In this document: positions 9,330-19,678 of the stretch, piece after piece
Layout: every line of letters begins with the position of its first letter
Position numbering within the stretch: position 1 is the first letter of the stretch
From: an uncultured SAR86 cluster bacterium
GTDB taxonomy: Bacteria > Pseudomonadota > Gammaproteobacteria > Magnimaribacterales > D2472
Reading direction: 5' to 3'
Assembly: GCA_902525635.1 (NCBI GenBank)
Contig: CABZHV010000004.1
Span: 22,859-86,858 of the forward strand
Length of the DNA stretch: 64,000 bases
Made by a program: the position numbers and the translations under genes
Notes under the pieces: generated by a model
Database searches by the model: none
The model's input: the letters and a program-made list of their open reading frames with translations, nothing else
Told to the model about the DNA's origin: nothing

Positions 9330-11947
9330 TAACTTTTAAAATTTTGAACCCAATCACCATTTACATATGCTGCAGTCCATTTTGTTTTTTTACCATCTTT
9401 TTCAGAGGCAACATAGTGAACATCATCTGCCCTGTTATAACGTATTACATATGGATTGCCATCCTTATCATATTCTGGCGCATCCATAAGATACAAATGC
9501 TTTTCTTTGTCAGGTAAGTACCTGCATGCTTCAATAATTTTTTCACGAAGATTATTAATTTCTGAAACTTTTGGAGCCCTTGTTTCCCTATTTTTTGGGT
9601 ATTGACTAGCTGCCAAAAATAAGCCCTTCATGCTATCTCTTAAGAGATAATGATCCTCGCATTTAATACATTTAAGTTCTGTTATTTCAATAGGTTCCAT
9701 AGTGATGGGCTTAGGCTCTCCATTTCTTTGTAAGGCTCTTGTTGCGCCACAGTTATCATTTAAACATCCAAAATACTTTCCAAATCTACCTGTCTTTAAT
9801 TGCATTTCAGACCCACATTTGTGACATTCTAAAGTTGGTCCATCATAGCCTTTGATCTTAAATTGACCTTCCTCAATAAGATAACCATCACAATCTGGAT
9901 TTTTTCCACATACATGAAGTTTTCTGTGTTCATCTACTAAGTAATTGTCCATACTTGTTCCACATTTAGGACATCTCTTTTTTATTAATAGATTTTCTGC
10001 TTCTTGGGTATCATCAATACTTATTGCCTCATCTCCTGACACTAAATTAAGAGTTTCTTTGCATTTATCATCACCATCATTCTGATAACCCGCGCAACCT
10101 AAAAAAACTCCATTTGATGAATTTCTTATCACCATGTTTGTTTTTCCACATACACAATTTATATTTGTCTCTGTAGGAATATTTCCTGGTCTCATTCCTG
10201 CCTCTTCGTGCGAAGCTTCAATAAGATCATTTTGAAAAGATTTATAAAAATTATTTAATATGTCTCTCCAATCTGCTTCTCCATTTGCTACTTCATCTAA
10301 GCTATTTTCGAGATTTGCAGTAAAGTCATAATCCATAATATTATCAAAGCTCTCGAGAAGTCTTTCTGCCACGATATGACCAATTTTTTTTACAAAAAAT
10401 CTTTTATTCTCGATTGCTACGTAACCCCTATCTTGAATAGTTGAAATAATGTTTGCATAGGTTGAAGGTCTTCCAATTCCTTTTTTCTCTAATTCTCTTA
10501 CAAGGGCTGCTTCAGAATATCTTGATGGAGGTTTTGTAAATTTTTGTTCTAAGTCAATACTTTTTCTTGCTATTAAGTCTCCCTCGTTTAGTGATGGGAG
10601 AATATCTTCTTCTTTTGATGAGCTTTTAAGTACTTTTGTAAATCCATCAAATACTAGCTCTCTTCCCCTTGCAATAAATGTATTATTTTCAATAGCAATT
10701 TTTGCTGATGTTGATAAGTATTCAGCATCTGGTAATTGAGAAGCAACAAATCTTTCCCAAATAAGCTTGTAAAGTTTTGATTCTTCTTCAGATAATTGCA
10801 TAACATCTTGAGGTTTTAAAAAAGTATTTGTTGGGCGAACAGCCTCGTGCGCCTCCTGTGCATTTTCAGTACTAGAATATATTTTTGGTGCATTTGTTAG
10901 ATATTTATCTCCAAGATTTTCGTTGATAAAACTTCTTGCGTCATTAATTGATTCTTTGCTAAGACTTGGAGCATCAGTTCGCATGTAGGTTATTAAACCT
11001 GCTTCATAAAGCTTTTGAGCCACTCTCATAGTTCTTTTGACATTAAAAGCTAATCTTGTGCTAGCAGATTGTTGAAGGGTTGAGGTTATAAAAGGCGCCT
11101 TTGGTTTTACTTTAACTGGCTTTTTGGTAATTTCATTGATTTTTAAATCGCATGATTCAATTTGCTTTTGAATACTTTTAACTTTCTCTTCTGTGAGAAG
11201 AGGATCGCTTTTTTTAGTATTAAGTTTGAATCTTATTAATTCATCATTCTTAGAAGTCCCAGTAAATGATATCTCCCAAAACTCCTCAGGTATAAATTCC
11301 TGAATTGATCTTTCTTTTTCATCTAACAATCTAAGTGCAACTGACTGGACTCTACCAGCTGATAAACCTCTAGCAATTTTTTTCCATAACAAAGGAGACA
11401 GCTCAAAGCCAATTACCTTATCAAGGAATCGTCTAGCTCTATATGCTTTAACTAAATTGAGATCAATTTCTTTTGGGTCAGAAAAAGAACTTAAAATTGC
11501 ATCTTTTGTTATTTGATTAAATCTTACTCTTGAGTAGTTATATTTTTTTGGCCCAAGTGCCTCTTTTAAATGCCATGCAATTGCTTCACCTTCTCTATCC
11601 AAATCTGTTGCTAAGTATATATTTTCTACATTTTTTGCAGCTTTTTTTAATGTTTTAAGCACCTTTTCTTTTTCAGGTATTATTTGCCAATCGGCATCCC
11701 AATCATTATCTGGATCAACGCCCATTCTTCTAACTAACCTTTTTCTATCATTTATAGATTTTAATCTTGCCTTTTCTTCAGGACTAAGATCTTTGGGCAC
11801 TGAGAACCTATTGCTAGTTCCAAGAGCTTTCTTTGGCAAGTCTCTTATATGACCAACACTAGACTCAACAATATACTCTGGTCCTAAGTACTTGGATATA
11901 GTCTTTGCTTTTGCTGGTGACTCAACTATTACTAAAGATTTTGTCAT
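9329..11947 (-). CDS. topA: DNA topoisomerase I
   Basis: 872 aa. Toprim N-terminus LVIVESPAKAKTISKYLG, active-site ITYMRTD, and several C-terminal CxxC...CxxC zinc ribbons. Confidence 0.97.
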   Translation of the reverse strand: MTKSLVIVESPAKAKTISKYLGPEYIVESSVGHIRDLPKKALGTSNRFSVPKDLSPEEKARLKSINDRKRLVRRMGVDPDNDWDADWQIIPEKEKVLKTLKKAAKNVENIYLATDLDREGEAIAWHLKEALGPKKYNYSRVRFNQITKDAILSSFSDPKEIDLNLVKAYRARRFLDKVIGFELSPLLWKKIARGLSAGRVQSVALRLLDEKERSIQEFIPEEFWEISFTGTSKNDELIRFKLNTKKSDPLLTEEKVKSIQKQIESCDLKINEITKKPVKVKPKAPFITSTLQQSASTRLAFNVKRTMRVAQKLYEAGLITYMRTDAPSLSKESINDARSFINENLGDKYLTNAPKIYSSTENAQEAHEAVRPTNTFLKPQDVMQLSEEESKLYKLIWERFVASQLPDAEYLSTSAKIAIENNTFIARGRELVFDGFTKVLKSSSKEEDILPSLNEGDLIARKSIDLEQKFTKPPSRYSEAALVRELEKKGIGRPSTYANIISTIQDRGYVAIENKRFFVKKIGHIVAERLLESFDNIMDYDFTANLENSLDEVANGEADWRDILNNFYKSFQNDLIEASHEEAGMRPGNIPTETNINCVCGKTNMVIRNSSNGVFLGCAGYQNDGDDKCKETLNLVSGDEAISIDDTQEAENLLIKKRCPKCGTSMDNYLVDEHRKLHVCGKNPDCDGYLIEEGQFKIKGYDGPTLECHKCGSEMQLKTGRFGKYFGCLNDNCGATRALQRNGEPKPITMEPIEITELKCIKCEDHYLLRDSMKGLFLAASQYPKNRETRAPKVSEINNLREKIIEACRYLPDKEKHLYLMDAPEYDKDGNPYVIRYNRADDVHYVASEKDGKKTKWTAAYVNGDWVQNFKS

Positions 11948-12006
11948 GATTTAAAGGTTTCCTTTTTTATGAATATCATCAAAATAGTCATGTTGGCAAG
12001 TTAATT

Positions 12007-12450
12007 TTAAAAAAATTTTAAATTTGTTAAAGCTTCATTTATATCTTTAAGCTCATCTAAACCTTCGAATTCTTTCCATAAAAAATAAACATATGATTCA
12101 GTAAAAATAATTTCATCAATGCTTTCTGGTAAATTTTTTAGCTCTCTTTCTATAGTCTGAAAGTTATCAGAAAATTTAAGTTTGACAGGAGAATACAAGA
12201 TTAAACTGTCTTTGTCTCGAATAAAATGACCTTCACTCAAATCACTTTTATTCTTTATTTGATAGCTAACTGAATGTGAATGCTTATTCTTGAAATTATT
12301 TTTACCGTAAAGCATTGAAGAAATTTTGAATCCAATCACCTTAGCCTCAATTCTAAGTTTAGAAATTTTTCTGGAGGACTTGGAAGGGATTGCAATAGAA
12401 ATTGAACCTACCAACATTACTACGACTAAAAAAAGAATGAAATATTCCAA
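12007..12450 (-). CDS. hypothetical membrane-anchored protein (147 aa)
   Basis: N-terminal hydrophobic helix FILFLVVVMLVGSISIAI. TTG start 3 nt after the pyrD stop. No recognisable domain. Confidence 0.45.
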   Translation of the reverse strand: MEYFILFLVVVMLVGSISIAIPSKSSRKISKLRIEAKVIGFKISSMLYGKNNFKNKHSHSVSYQIKNKSDLSEGHFIRDKDSLILYSPVKLKFSDNFQTIERELKNLPESIDEIIFTESYVYFLWKEFEGLDELKDINEALTNLKFF

Positions 12451-12453
12451 AAT

Positions 12454-13443
12454 TTAATCTCTGATAATTTGATTTATTAATTTTGGCCCTTTAATTATAA
12501 ATCCTGTATATATTTGAACCAAATTTGCACCAACTTCAATTTTAGTGAGAAAGTCATTTTTACTCATTACACCGCCGACTCCTATAATTGGCATATCAGG
12601 AGCCTTTGATCTAATAAAAGAAATCTTATTTGTTGATTTTTCCATTAAAGGCTGACCAGACAATCCTCCATCTTTACCTTTTAATTTTTCATTTGTGATG
12701 TTGGCTTTGTTTACAGTAGTATTTGTAGCCACTAAACCAGTAAAGGATGAGTTTTGTACCAAGTCAATAATCATTTTTATTGATTCATCGCTTTCATCTG
12801 GCGAGATTTTTAAGAAAATTGGCTTTTTAAAATTAATTTCAGTAGATTTAATTTCAACTGATCTGATTAAATTTTTTAAGTTTTCTTTACTATGCAAGTT
12901 TCTTAACTCAGGTGTATTTGGAGATGATATGTTAATAGTTATGTAGTCAGCATATTTATGAATTTTTTCAAAACATACTAAATAGTCATTAATTCGTTGC
13001 TCATCCTTAGATGTCTTATTTGCACCAATATTTACTCCTACAACTCCCTTGTACTTTCTTTTTTTTAGATTTTTTAATAAATAATCTATGCCTTTGTTGT
13101 TAAAACCTAATCTATTTATAATTGCGTTATCCTTATAGTTTCTGAAAACACGCGGTTTTGAATTGCCGTTTTGTGGTAACGGTGTAACTGTACCTACTTC
13201 TAAAAAACCAAATCCTAATTCGCCCAACGCATCAATGTAATCACCATTCTTGTCTAAACCAGCAGCTGTACCAAGTTTATTCTTAAAATTCATTCCACAT
13301 AAATTAAATTCAACCATATTATCTTTTTTTATTTTAAATAAACTCAAAAGTTTAAGTTTATGGAGGAAATTTAAAGAATTTAATGAAATAGAGTGAGCAA
13401 ATTCCGGAGGTAAAAATTTAAATATATTGAGAAAAAAGTTCAA
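12454..13443 (-). CDS. pyrD: dihydroorotate dehydrogenase (quinone), class 2
   Basis: 329 aa with GFGFLEVGTVTP, NRLGFNNKG, GVNIGANK, ISSPNTP and IGVGGV motifs. Confidence 0.92.
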   Translation of the reverse strand: MNFFLNIFKFLPPEFAHSISLNSLNFLHKLKLLSLFKIKKDNMVEFNLCGMNFKNKLGTAAGLDKNGDYIDALGELGFGFLEVGTVTPLPQNGNSKPRVFRNYKDNAIINRLGFNNKGIDYLLKNLKKRKYKGVVGVNIGANKTSKDEQRINDYLVCFEKIHKYADYITINISSPNTPELRNLHSKENLKNLIRSVEIKSTEINFKKPIFLKISPDESDESIKMIIDLVQNSSFTGLVATNTTVNKANITNEKLKGKDGGLSGQPLMEKSTNKISFIRSKAPDMPIIGVGGVMSKNDFLTKIEVGANLVQIYTGFIIKGPKLINQIIRD

Positions 13444-14300
13444 TCAATATTCCTTATAATTTCTTTGACATTTTCACTGATCGATTCATCCCTTAAAGCG
13501 AGGGCAATGGTAGCATGAACAAAACCCTCTTTACTACCACAATCAAATTTTTCTCCATCGTATAAAACACCGTATACCTCCTCCTCAATTAACATAGATT
13601 TTATAGCATCTGTTAATTGAATTTCATCAGATTTATCTGGCCTCACGGATTTCAAGTGTTTAAAAATTGATGAATTTAATATGTATCTTCCGCACACAGC
13701 TAGATCGGATGGAGCATCATTAGCATTAGGTTTTTCAACAATATCTTCAATTTCAATTATTTCAGAAGTTCTTTCTTTTGGCTTTATAACTCCATATTTA
13801 TGAATATTGTTTCTATCTATAACGTTAACTGCAATTGCTGAAGATTTATTTAATACATATGCGTCTATTAATTGCTGTAAACAGGACTTTTTAGAAATAA
13901 ATAGATCATCTGGAAGTAATATTGCAAAAGGACTATTACCTATAATACTCTCAGCATGTTGAATAGCATCACCTAATCCATTCTGTTTTTTTTGATTTAT
14001 ATAATAAAAACTAACTTTTGAAAAAATTTCTGGGTTTACTACCATAGCTAAATCATTTTTCCCTGATTTAACAAGCTTTGTCTCTATTTCTTTATTTTTT
14101 TTAAAATGATTTTTAATTGAAAACTTTTCTGGACTTGTAATAAAAATTATTTCATTAATTCCAACATTGACCGCCTCTTCAACCGCATATTGAACTAATG
14201 GCTTGTCAATAATTGGTAGCATCTCCTTTGGAATCGCTTTCGATGCAGGTAAGAATCTTGTTCCAAGGCCTGCAACTGGGAGTACTGCTTTTTTAATCAA
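13440..14300 (-). CDS. galU: UTP--glucose-1-phosphate uridylyltransferase
   Basis: 286 aa with N-terminal AVLPVAGLGTRFLPASKAIPKEMLPI signature. Confidence 0.92.
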   Translation of the reverse strand: MIKKAVLPVAGLGTRFLPASKAIPKEMLPIIDKPLVQYAVEEAVNVGINEIIFITSPEKFSIKNHFKKNKEIETKLVKSGKNDLAMVVNPEIFSKVSFYYINQKKQNGLGDAIQHAESIIGNSPFAILLPDDLFISKKSCLQQLIDAYVLNKSSAIAVNVIDRNNIHKYGVIKPKERTSEIIEIEDIVEKPNANDAPSDLAVCGRYILNSSIFKHLKSVRPDKSDEIQLTDAIKSMLIEEEVYGVLYDGEKFDCGSKEGFVHATIALALRDESISENVKEIIRNID

Positions 14301-14301
14301 T

Positions 14302-14925
14302 TTATAATCTCACATAAATGTTCTTGTATATCATAGCAAACAAAATACCTGAAATAAGACCGCCCAAATGAGCAAAATTAGCGACCGATCCAAAACCAAA
14401 TAGATCCAATATGCCAGCAAAACCAAGAAGCAACCAAACAATCATAAATAAATACAATGCTGGTGGTAATTTGTATCTGTCATATTGTGAATCAAATTCA
14501 ACAATCATACAAAAGCCAATAAGACCATAAATTACACCGGACAGACCACCAAATAAGCTTGTTTCGGTCCAGAAATATTGAAGACAGTTACTCAAAATTG
14601 CTGAAAAAATAACCAACAATATAAAAATTAGCGATCCGTCTGTATTTTCAATTTTCTCACCAAGTATAAAGATCCATAAACAGTTAAAGGCTAGATGAGC
14701 AAATGAAAAATGAATAAAAATAGGTGTAATAAGTCTCCACCACTGATTGTCAATCCAAAATGTCTGATCAAAATCAAACATAGAGATGTATCCTTGATTT
14801 GTGACATTTATATTTGTGAATGTTAAAAGTTCTATTGCTGCAATAACAGAACCAAAATTTGAGATTAAAGCAAATAGAATTGCAAAAATAATTATTGGAA
14901 TATGGAAATTTTTAAACATATTCAA
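14302..14925 (-). CDS. rhomboid family intramembrane serine protease
   Basis: 207 aa, multi-pass membrane protein. HFSFAHLAFN (HxxxN), GGLSGVIYG (GxSG Ser) and AHLGG (His). Confidence 0.8.
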   Translation of the reverse strand: MNMFKNFHIPIIIFAILFALISNFGSVIAAIELLTFTNINVTNQGYISMFDFDQTFWIDNQWWRLITPIFIHFSFAHLAFNCLWIFILGEKIENTDGSLIFILLVIFSAILSNCLQYFWTETSLFGGLSGVIYGLIGFCMIVEFDSQYDRYKLPPALYLFMIVWLLLGFAGILDLFGFGSVANFAHLGGLISGILFAMIYKNIYVRL

Positions 14926-14926
14926 T

Positions 14927-15799
14927 TTAATTCTTTGAAATATTTAAACTCCAACCTAATTTTTCTCTACACGCCTCAAAAAAATCATTTTTATTTGGAT
15001 GTACTAATTTTAAAGTTTTTTCCATTTTAGATATTTCAATCCTCTCACCAAATGGAATATCTATATCATCTTGACCATCAACACAGATTTTTGCACTTTC
15101 ATTAGGGCCCTCAAATAATTCTAAATTTACACTTTGTTCAGATGAAATGACAAATGGTCTTGATGATAGGCTCTGAGGCAGCATTGGTAGAATTGTCCAA
15201 ACGTCTAAACTTGGATGAATAATTGGTCCACCTGCAGATAAAGCATATGCTGTTGATCCAGTTGGGGTTGCAATTATTAAACCATCAGATCTTTGCTCGT
15301 AAACAACTTTTTTATCAACGGTTAATCGATATCTCATTAATTGAGCATATGATCCAGAATGAACTAACACCTCATTTAAACCATACAAATGCTTATCACC
15401 AAACTTTGCAGAGACTAAATTTCTCTCTTCAATCTTATAATTACCTTCAAAAACCTCTTCAATTGATTCTTCAAAAGTCTCAACGCTGATATCTGTTAAG
15501 AAGCCTACATTTCCCATGTTAATTCCTAAGATAGGTATTTCATAATTTAAGTATTTTCTGGCTGCATTTAATAGCGTTCCATCACCACCAAAAACTATTA
15601 TAAGATCGACTTTTTCAACGAAATCTTCGTGCTTAAGCTTTTTGAATGCTTCATTTTTATAGCTGGAAGATTCATCTATGGATATATTTATATCTAATTT
15701 CAATAAAGAGTTAATCATAGAATTCATAACATCAGCATTGCTGCTATTAGAAAGATTATCCTTAATAAAAATACCTATTTCTTTAAACATATCGCGCAT
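14927..15799 (-). CDS. nadK: NAD(+) kinase
   Basis: 290 aa with GGDGTLL, NMGNVGFLT and ATPTGSTAYALSAGGPI motifs. Confidence 0.92.
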   Translation of the reverse strand: MRDMFKEIGIFIKDNLSNSSNADVMNSMINSLLKLDINISIDESSSYKNEAFKKLKHEDFVEKVDLIIVFGGDGTLLNAARKYLNYEIPILGINMGNVGFLTDISVETFEESIEEVFEGNYKIEERNLVSAKFGDKHLYGLNEVLVHSGSYAQLMRYRLTVDKKVVYEQRSDGLIIATPTGSTAYALSAGGPIIHPSLDVWTILPMLPQSLSSRPFVISSEQSVNLELFEGPNESAKICVDGQDDIDIPFGERIEISKMEKTLKLVHPNKNDFFEACREKLGWSLNISKN

Positions 15800-15909
15800 T
15801 ATACAGATTTAAAAATAATGTATTAGTATGTTTTATAGATTCAATACTCGAAAAATTTTAATAAGTGCCTATAATATTGTTGATTTTAACTTAAACAAAT
15901 GTCGAACAT

Positions 15910-17103
15910 ATGAGTAATTTAGATAAATTTAGAGAAGAAACCAAAGAATGGCTTGATAAAAATTGTCCACCTTCCATGAGAAGTGGTGCTGATCCAAAAA
16001 CTCCAGTTGATGAGGTTTGGGGCGGAAGGAATGCAGAATATAAAAATCCTGAGTCAAAACTTTGGTTAGATAGAATGGGTGAAAAAGGTTGGACTATGCC
16101 TACTATATCAAAAGAATACGGTGGTGGTGGTCTTTCAAAAGACGAAGTAAAAATTTTAAATGAAGAGTTATTTAGCATAGGTGCAAAACTGCCATTATTG
16201 AGTTTTGGTATATGGATGCTGGCACCTGTCCTGTTGGAATATGGAACTGAAAAACAAAAAAAAGAACATATTCCTAAAATTATTAAAGGTGAGATAAGAT
16301 GGTGTCAGGGTTACTCTGAACCAGGTTCTGGTTCTGATTTAGCTAGCCTCTCTACAAAAGCAGAAGATAAAGGCAAGAATTTTTTGGTAAATGGCCAAAA
16401 GGTTTGGACATCTTATGCAGATAAGGCCGATTGGATATTTGCCCTAGTGAGAACAGGTCCTAAAGAGCCAAAACATGATGGAATAAGTTTTTTATTAATT
16501 GATATGGAAACTGCGGGTGTTTCTACAAAACCAATTACTCTAATTTCTGGTAAATCACCATTTTGTGAGACTTTTTTCGATAATGTTGAAGTTCCTAAAG
16601 AAAATTTAATTGGTAAATTAAACTCAGGTTGGACTATTGCCAAAAAACTTCTACAACACGAACGAGCTTTTATTTCAAATTTTGGTCTTGCATCTGGTAT
16701 GGGAAGTAAAAGAGATATTGTTTCTATCGCAAAAAAACATCTTGGCGAAGAAGCTGGCAAAATCAAAAATGGTTATTACAGATCCGAAATTACCAATCAC
16801 AAAATTAAAGAGCATGCATTTGGTCTTACTTTAAAAAGAGCTGGTGACGAAGGTAGTAAAGCAAGTGCAACAGCCTCAATGTTTAAACTTTATGGTACAG
16901 AGCATAATAAAAAAAGACACGAACTTATGGTTGCTGCATCTGGAATAAATGGAGTTGCCTGGGACGGTGATGAATTTGATGAAGATGATAAAAATCTAAC
17001 TAGAGCATGGCTAAGAACTAAAGGAAATTCTATTGAAGGAGGAACTTCAGAGGTTCAGCTTAATGTAATTTCTAAAAGAGTTCTCGAACTGCCAAATCAA
17101 TAA
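15910..17103 (+). CDS. acyl-CoA dehydrogenase, alpha-type subunit (IVD-position catalytic Glu)
   Basis: 397 aa. WCQGYSEPGSGSDLASL and C-terminal IEGGTSEVQLNVISKRVL. LLQHERAF carries Glu at the position equivalent to the LDLER Glu of isovaleryl-CoA dehydrogenase (IVD). Confidence 0.85.
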   Translation: MSNLDKFREETKEWLDKNCPPSMRSGADPKTPVDEVWGGRNAEYKNPESKLWLDRMGEKGWTMPTISKEYGGGGLSKDEVKILNEELFSIGAKLPLLSFGIWMLAPVLLEYGTEKQKKEHIPKIIKGEIRWCQGYSEPGSGSDLASLSTKAEDKGKNFLVNGQKVWTSYADKADWIFALVRTGPKEPKHDGISFLLIDMETAGVSTKPITLISGKSPFCETFFDNVEVPKENLIGKLNSGWTIAKKLLQHERAFISNFGLASGMGSKRDIVSIAKKHLGEEAGKIKNGYYRSEITNHKIKEHAFGLTLKRAGDEGSKASATASMFKLYGTEHNKKRHELMVAASGINGVAWDGDEFDEDDKNLTRAWLRTKGNSIEGGTSEVQLNVISKRVLELPNQ

Positions 17104-17110
17104 TAAATAG

Positions 17111-18250
17111 ATGAAACTTGTTTTATCTGAAGAAGAACAGTTTTTAAAAGATACTGCAAAAAGTTTTGTAGAAGAAAGATCTCCTATATCTCATTTTAGA
17201 TCTCTTAGAGATAATAGTGATCCTTTTCTTTGGGATAAAGATATCTATTCCGAAATGGTTAAACTTGGTTGGCCTGGTATATTAATACCTGAACAATATG
17301 GTGGTTCTAATTTTGGAATAACAGGCATTGGAGTGATTTTACAAGAATGTGCCAAAACGCTTACACCCTCACCTCTGTTTGCAACAGGAGTTTTAGGTGC
17401 ATATGCAATTTCACAATTTGGGACCAAAGAACAACAAGAGAAATATCTTCCACAAATTGCAAATGGAGAAATAACAACAGCATTGGCTATAGACGAAACA
17501 AGTCATCATAATCCTTTTCATATCAAAATGACTGCTGTAAAAGATAAATCAAATTATGTTTTGAGTGGAAAAAAGATTTTTGTAATTGACGGCGCAAGTG
17601 CTGACTTATTAATTGTTTTAACAAGAACTTCAGGAAATCTAGGTGATTCTACTGGTTTAACTTTGTTCTTAATTGATTCAAGTACATCAGGAATTAAAAA
17701 AATAAAACTTGATATGGCTGACTCTAGAAATTATGCGAATATTTCGTTTGATAGCGTTAAAGTAAATGATTCACAAATTCTGGGTGATGAAGAAACTGCA
17801 GGTGAGACTGTCGAAAATATTCTCGATGTTGGAAGAATAGCTATTTCAGCTGAAATGCTTGGCAATGCTGAATCAGCTTTTAACATTACACTTGATTATT
17901 TAAAACAAAGGAAGCAATTCGGAGCTACCATTGGATCGTTTCAAGCCCTTCAACATAGGGCAGCAGAAATGTTCTGTGAAATAGAATTAACAAAATCATC
18001 TGTTATGGCCGCAATGAGAGCTGCGGATGAAAATTCTAATGAACTTCAAAGATTATCAAGTCTCTCAAAAACTATAGCAGGTGAAACTTTGCACTTAGTA
18101 TCTAATGAAGCAATTCAAATGCATGGTGGTATTGGTATGACTGATGAATATGATGTTGGTTTCTTTCTTAAAAGGGCCAGAGTTGCAGAGCAAATTTTTG
18201 GTAGTTCAAAATACCATACTGAGAGGTATGCAAATCTAAGTGGTTTTTAG
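17111..18250 (+). CDS. acyl-CoA dehydrogenase family protein, beta-type subunit (no catalytic Glu at either canonical position)
   Basis: 379 aa with ACAD fold motifs (IQMHGGIGMTDEYDVGFFLKRA). It has ILDVGRIA where IVD-type enzymes have ER, and EQIFGSS where MCAD-type enzymes have YEGT. Confidence 0.8.
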   Translation: MKLVLSEEEQFLKDTAKSFVEERSPISHFRSLRDNSDPFLWDKDIYSEMVKLGWPGILIPEQYGGSNFGITGIGVILQECAKTLTPSPLFATGVLGAYAISQFGTKEQQEKYLPQIANGEITTALAIDETSHHNPFHIKMTAVKDKSNYVLSGKKIFVIDGASADLLIVLTRTSGNLGDSTGLTLFLIDSSTSGIKKIKLDMADSRNYANISFDSVKVNDSQILGDEETAGETVENILDVGRIAISAEMLGNAESAFNITLDYLKQRKQFGATIGSFQALQHRAAEMFCEIELTKSSVMAAMRAADENSNELQRLSSLSKTIAGETLHLVSNEAIQMHGGIGMTDEYDVGFFLKRARVAEQIFGSSKYHTERYANLSGF

Positions 18251-18254
18251 AGTT

Positions 18255-19136
18255 ATGAGTAATCTTTATTTAAGCGTTAAAGGAGTGATAATGTTTATAT
18301 GCTTGATTGCTGAGCTTACAATTGGATTTTCATCGATAACAATAGTAAATATTCCAAGGCCATTTGTCTCTCAAAAAAATAAAATTTATTTAGCAGGACT
18401 TTCAAATATTGTAAGCGATTGGACGATTTGGGGCTTTAAGGTAATTATGAATTTTTTTCATAACAACAAAAGTCAGTTTTTTTATGAGTCTAATTTTGAT
18501 AGGAATGACTGGTGTCTAGGTCTTTCAAATCACCAATCGTGGGCAGATATACTAATCATATTATCAGCTTCGAATTATAAAATGCCAAATCTAAGGTTCT
18601 TCATGAAAAAAGAGCTATCTTGGATTCCTTTTGTCTATCTTGCAAATAAGAATTTAAATATGCCTTTTGTAAATAGGCACTCAAAGAAAGAACTTGAAAA
18701 AGATCCAAATCTAAGATTTGTTGATTACGAAAATACTATTAAATCATGTAAAAGGCTCAACAGAGCGCCATCAACTATTTGTAGTTATGCTGAGGGGACA
18801 AGATTTACTAAAGAAAAACACATATTACAAAATTCACCATATAGTAACCTTTTGATTCCCAAAATTGGTGGTTTGGCTACAGCATTATCTGCTTTACCTG
18901 AAGTTAATTTTCTTATTGATTTCACAATAGTATATAAATCAGATAAAAGATCTGCTTGGTCATTTTTAAAAGGAGAAATGGCTGATGTAAAAGTTAAGAT
19001 TACAAAACATAAAATTCCAGATAATTTGAAAAATAAAAATTATTTGACAGATAATAATTACAGAGAAGATTTCAAGACTTGGATTGAATCAATATGGACT
19101 GAAAAGGATAAAGATATTGAAAGTTTAAAGTTCTAG
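18255..19136 (+). CDS. lysophospholipid/glycerolipid acyltransferase (PlsC-like)
   Basis: HX4D motif NHQSWADILI and the YAEGTRFT motif. Start moved to the ATG at 18255, just after the upstream stop at 18250; the track used a GTG at 18240. Confidence 0.7.
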   Translation: MSNLYLSVKGVIMFICLIAELTIGFSSITIVNIPRPFVSQKNKIYLAGLSNIVSDWTIWGFKVIMNFFHNNKSQFFYESNFDRNDWCLGLSNHQSWADILIILSASNYKMPNLRFFMKKELSWIPFVYLANKNLNMPFVNRHSKKELEKDPNLRFVDYENTIKSCKRLNRAPSTICSYAEGTRFTKEKHILQNSPYSNLLIPKIGGLATALSALPEVNFLIDFTIVYKSDKRSAWSFLKGEMADVKVKITKHKIPDNLKNKNYLTDNNYREDFKTWIESIWTEKDKDIESLKF

Positions 19137-19610
19137 TTTTTTTTTACTAATTACCCAACCATTTTCATCAATATAAGACCAACTGCCTGGATTTATTTGA
19201 ACTGAACCAAACTGAATTTGAACATCTTTTTGACCAATACCTTTTGTTTTATCGGTTTTTTTAGGATATAAATTTTTAGCATATACGCCAATTCTAATAT
19301 CACGAATTGCCTCAACGTCCCTTATAAAGCCATTTGTTATGATGCCATTCCACTGATTATCAAATGCTGTTTGAACTATCTGATCTCCAACCATTGAACA
19401 CGGTTCTATTCCAAAGTGTTCGATTAATAGAACTTTATCCTTCCCATTTTCTTGAACAAATTCCTTAACAGCACTATTTGAGTGTTCGCACTTTACAGTA
19501 TGGACCTCACCGTAAAATTTACTTATTCCTCCATATGAGTTTAAAAATAAATCTCCTATTTGAATATCATCAATTTCATCACAAATATCAGGGACAGAGA
19601 AGTTAAACAT
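19125..19610 (-). CDS. rraA: RraA family protein (RNase E regulator / 4-hydroxy-4-methyl-2-oxoglutarate aldolase family)
   Basis: 161 aa, colinear with E. coli RraA as recalled (DICDE..., TVKC, GIITNGFIRD). Confidence 0.8.
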   Translation of the reverse strand: MFNFSVPDICDEIDDIQIGDLFLNSYGGISKFYGEVHTVKCEHSNSAVKEFVQENGKDKVLLIEHFGIEPCSMVGDQIVQTAFDNQWNGIITNGFIRDVEAIRDIRIGVYAKNLYPKKTDKTKGIGQKDVQIQFGSVQINPGSWSYIDENGWVISKKKLEL

Positions 19611-19678
19611 GTTCCTATTCTAATTCATTCTAAATTTAATGTAATATAAACCATTAAAAGAATTACTTGGGTACGTTT

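Noticed and set aside
9327-9331. Possibility that the 145-aa ORF is a read-through or frameshift extension of topA.
   Set aside because: It is in a different frame from topA, with no slippery heptamer before the TAG. TopA already ends after its zinc-ribbon domains at a normal length. Translational coupling through the overlapping TAGTG is the simpler reading.
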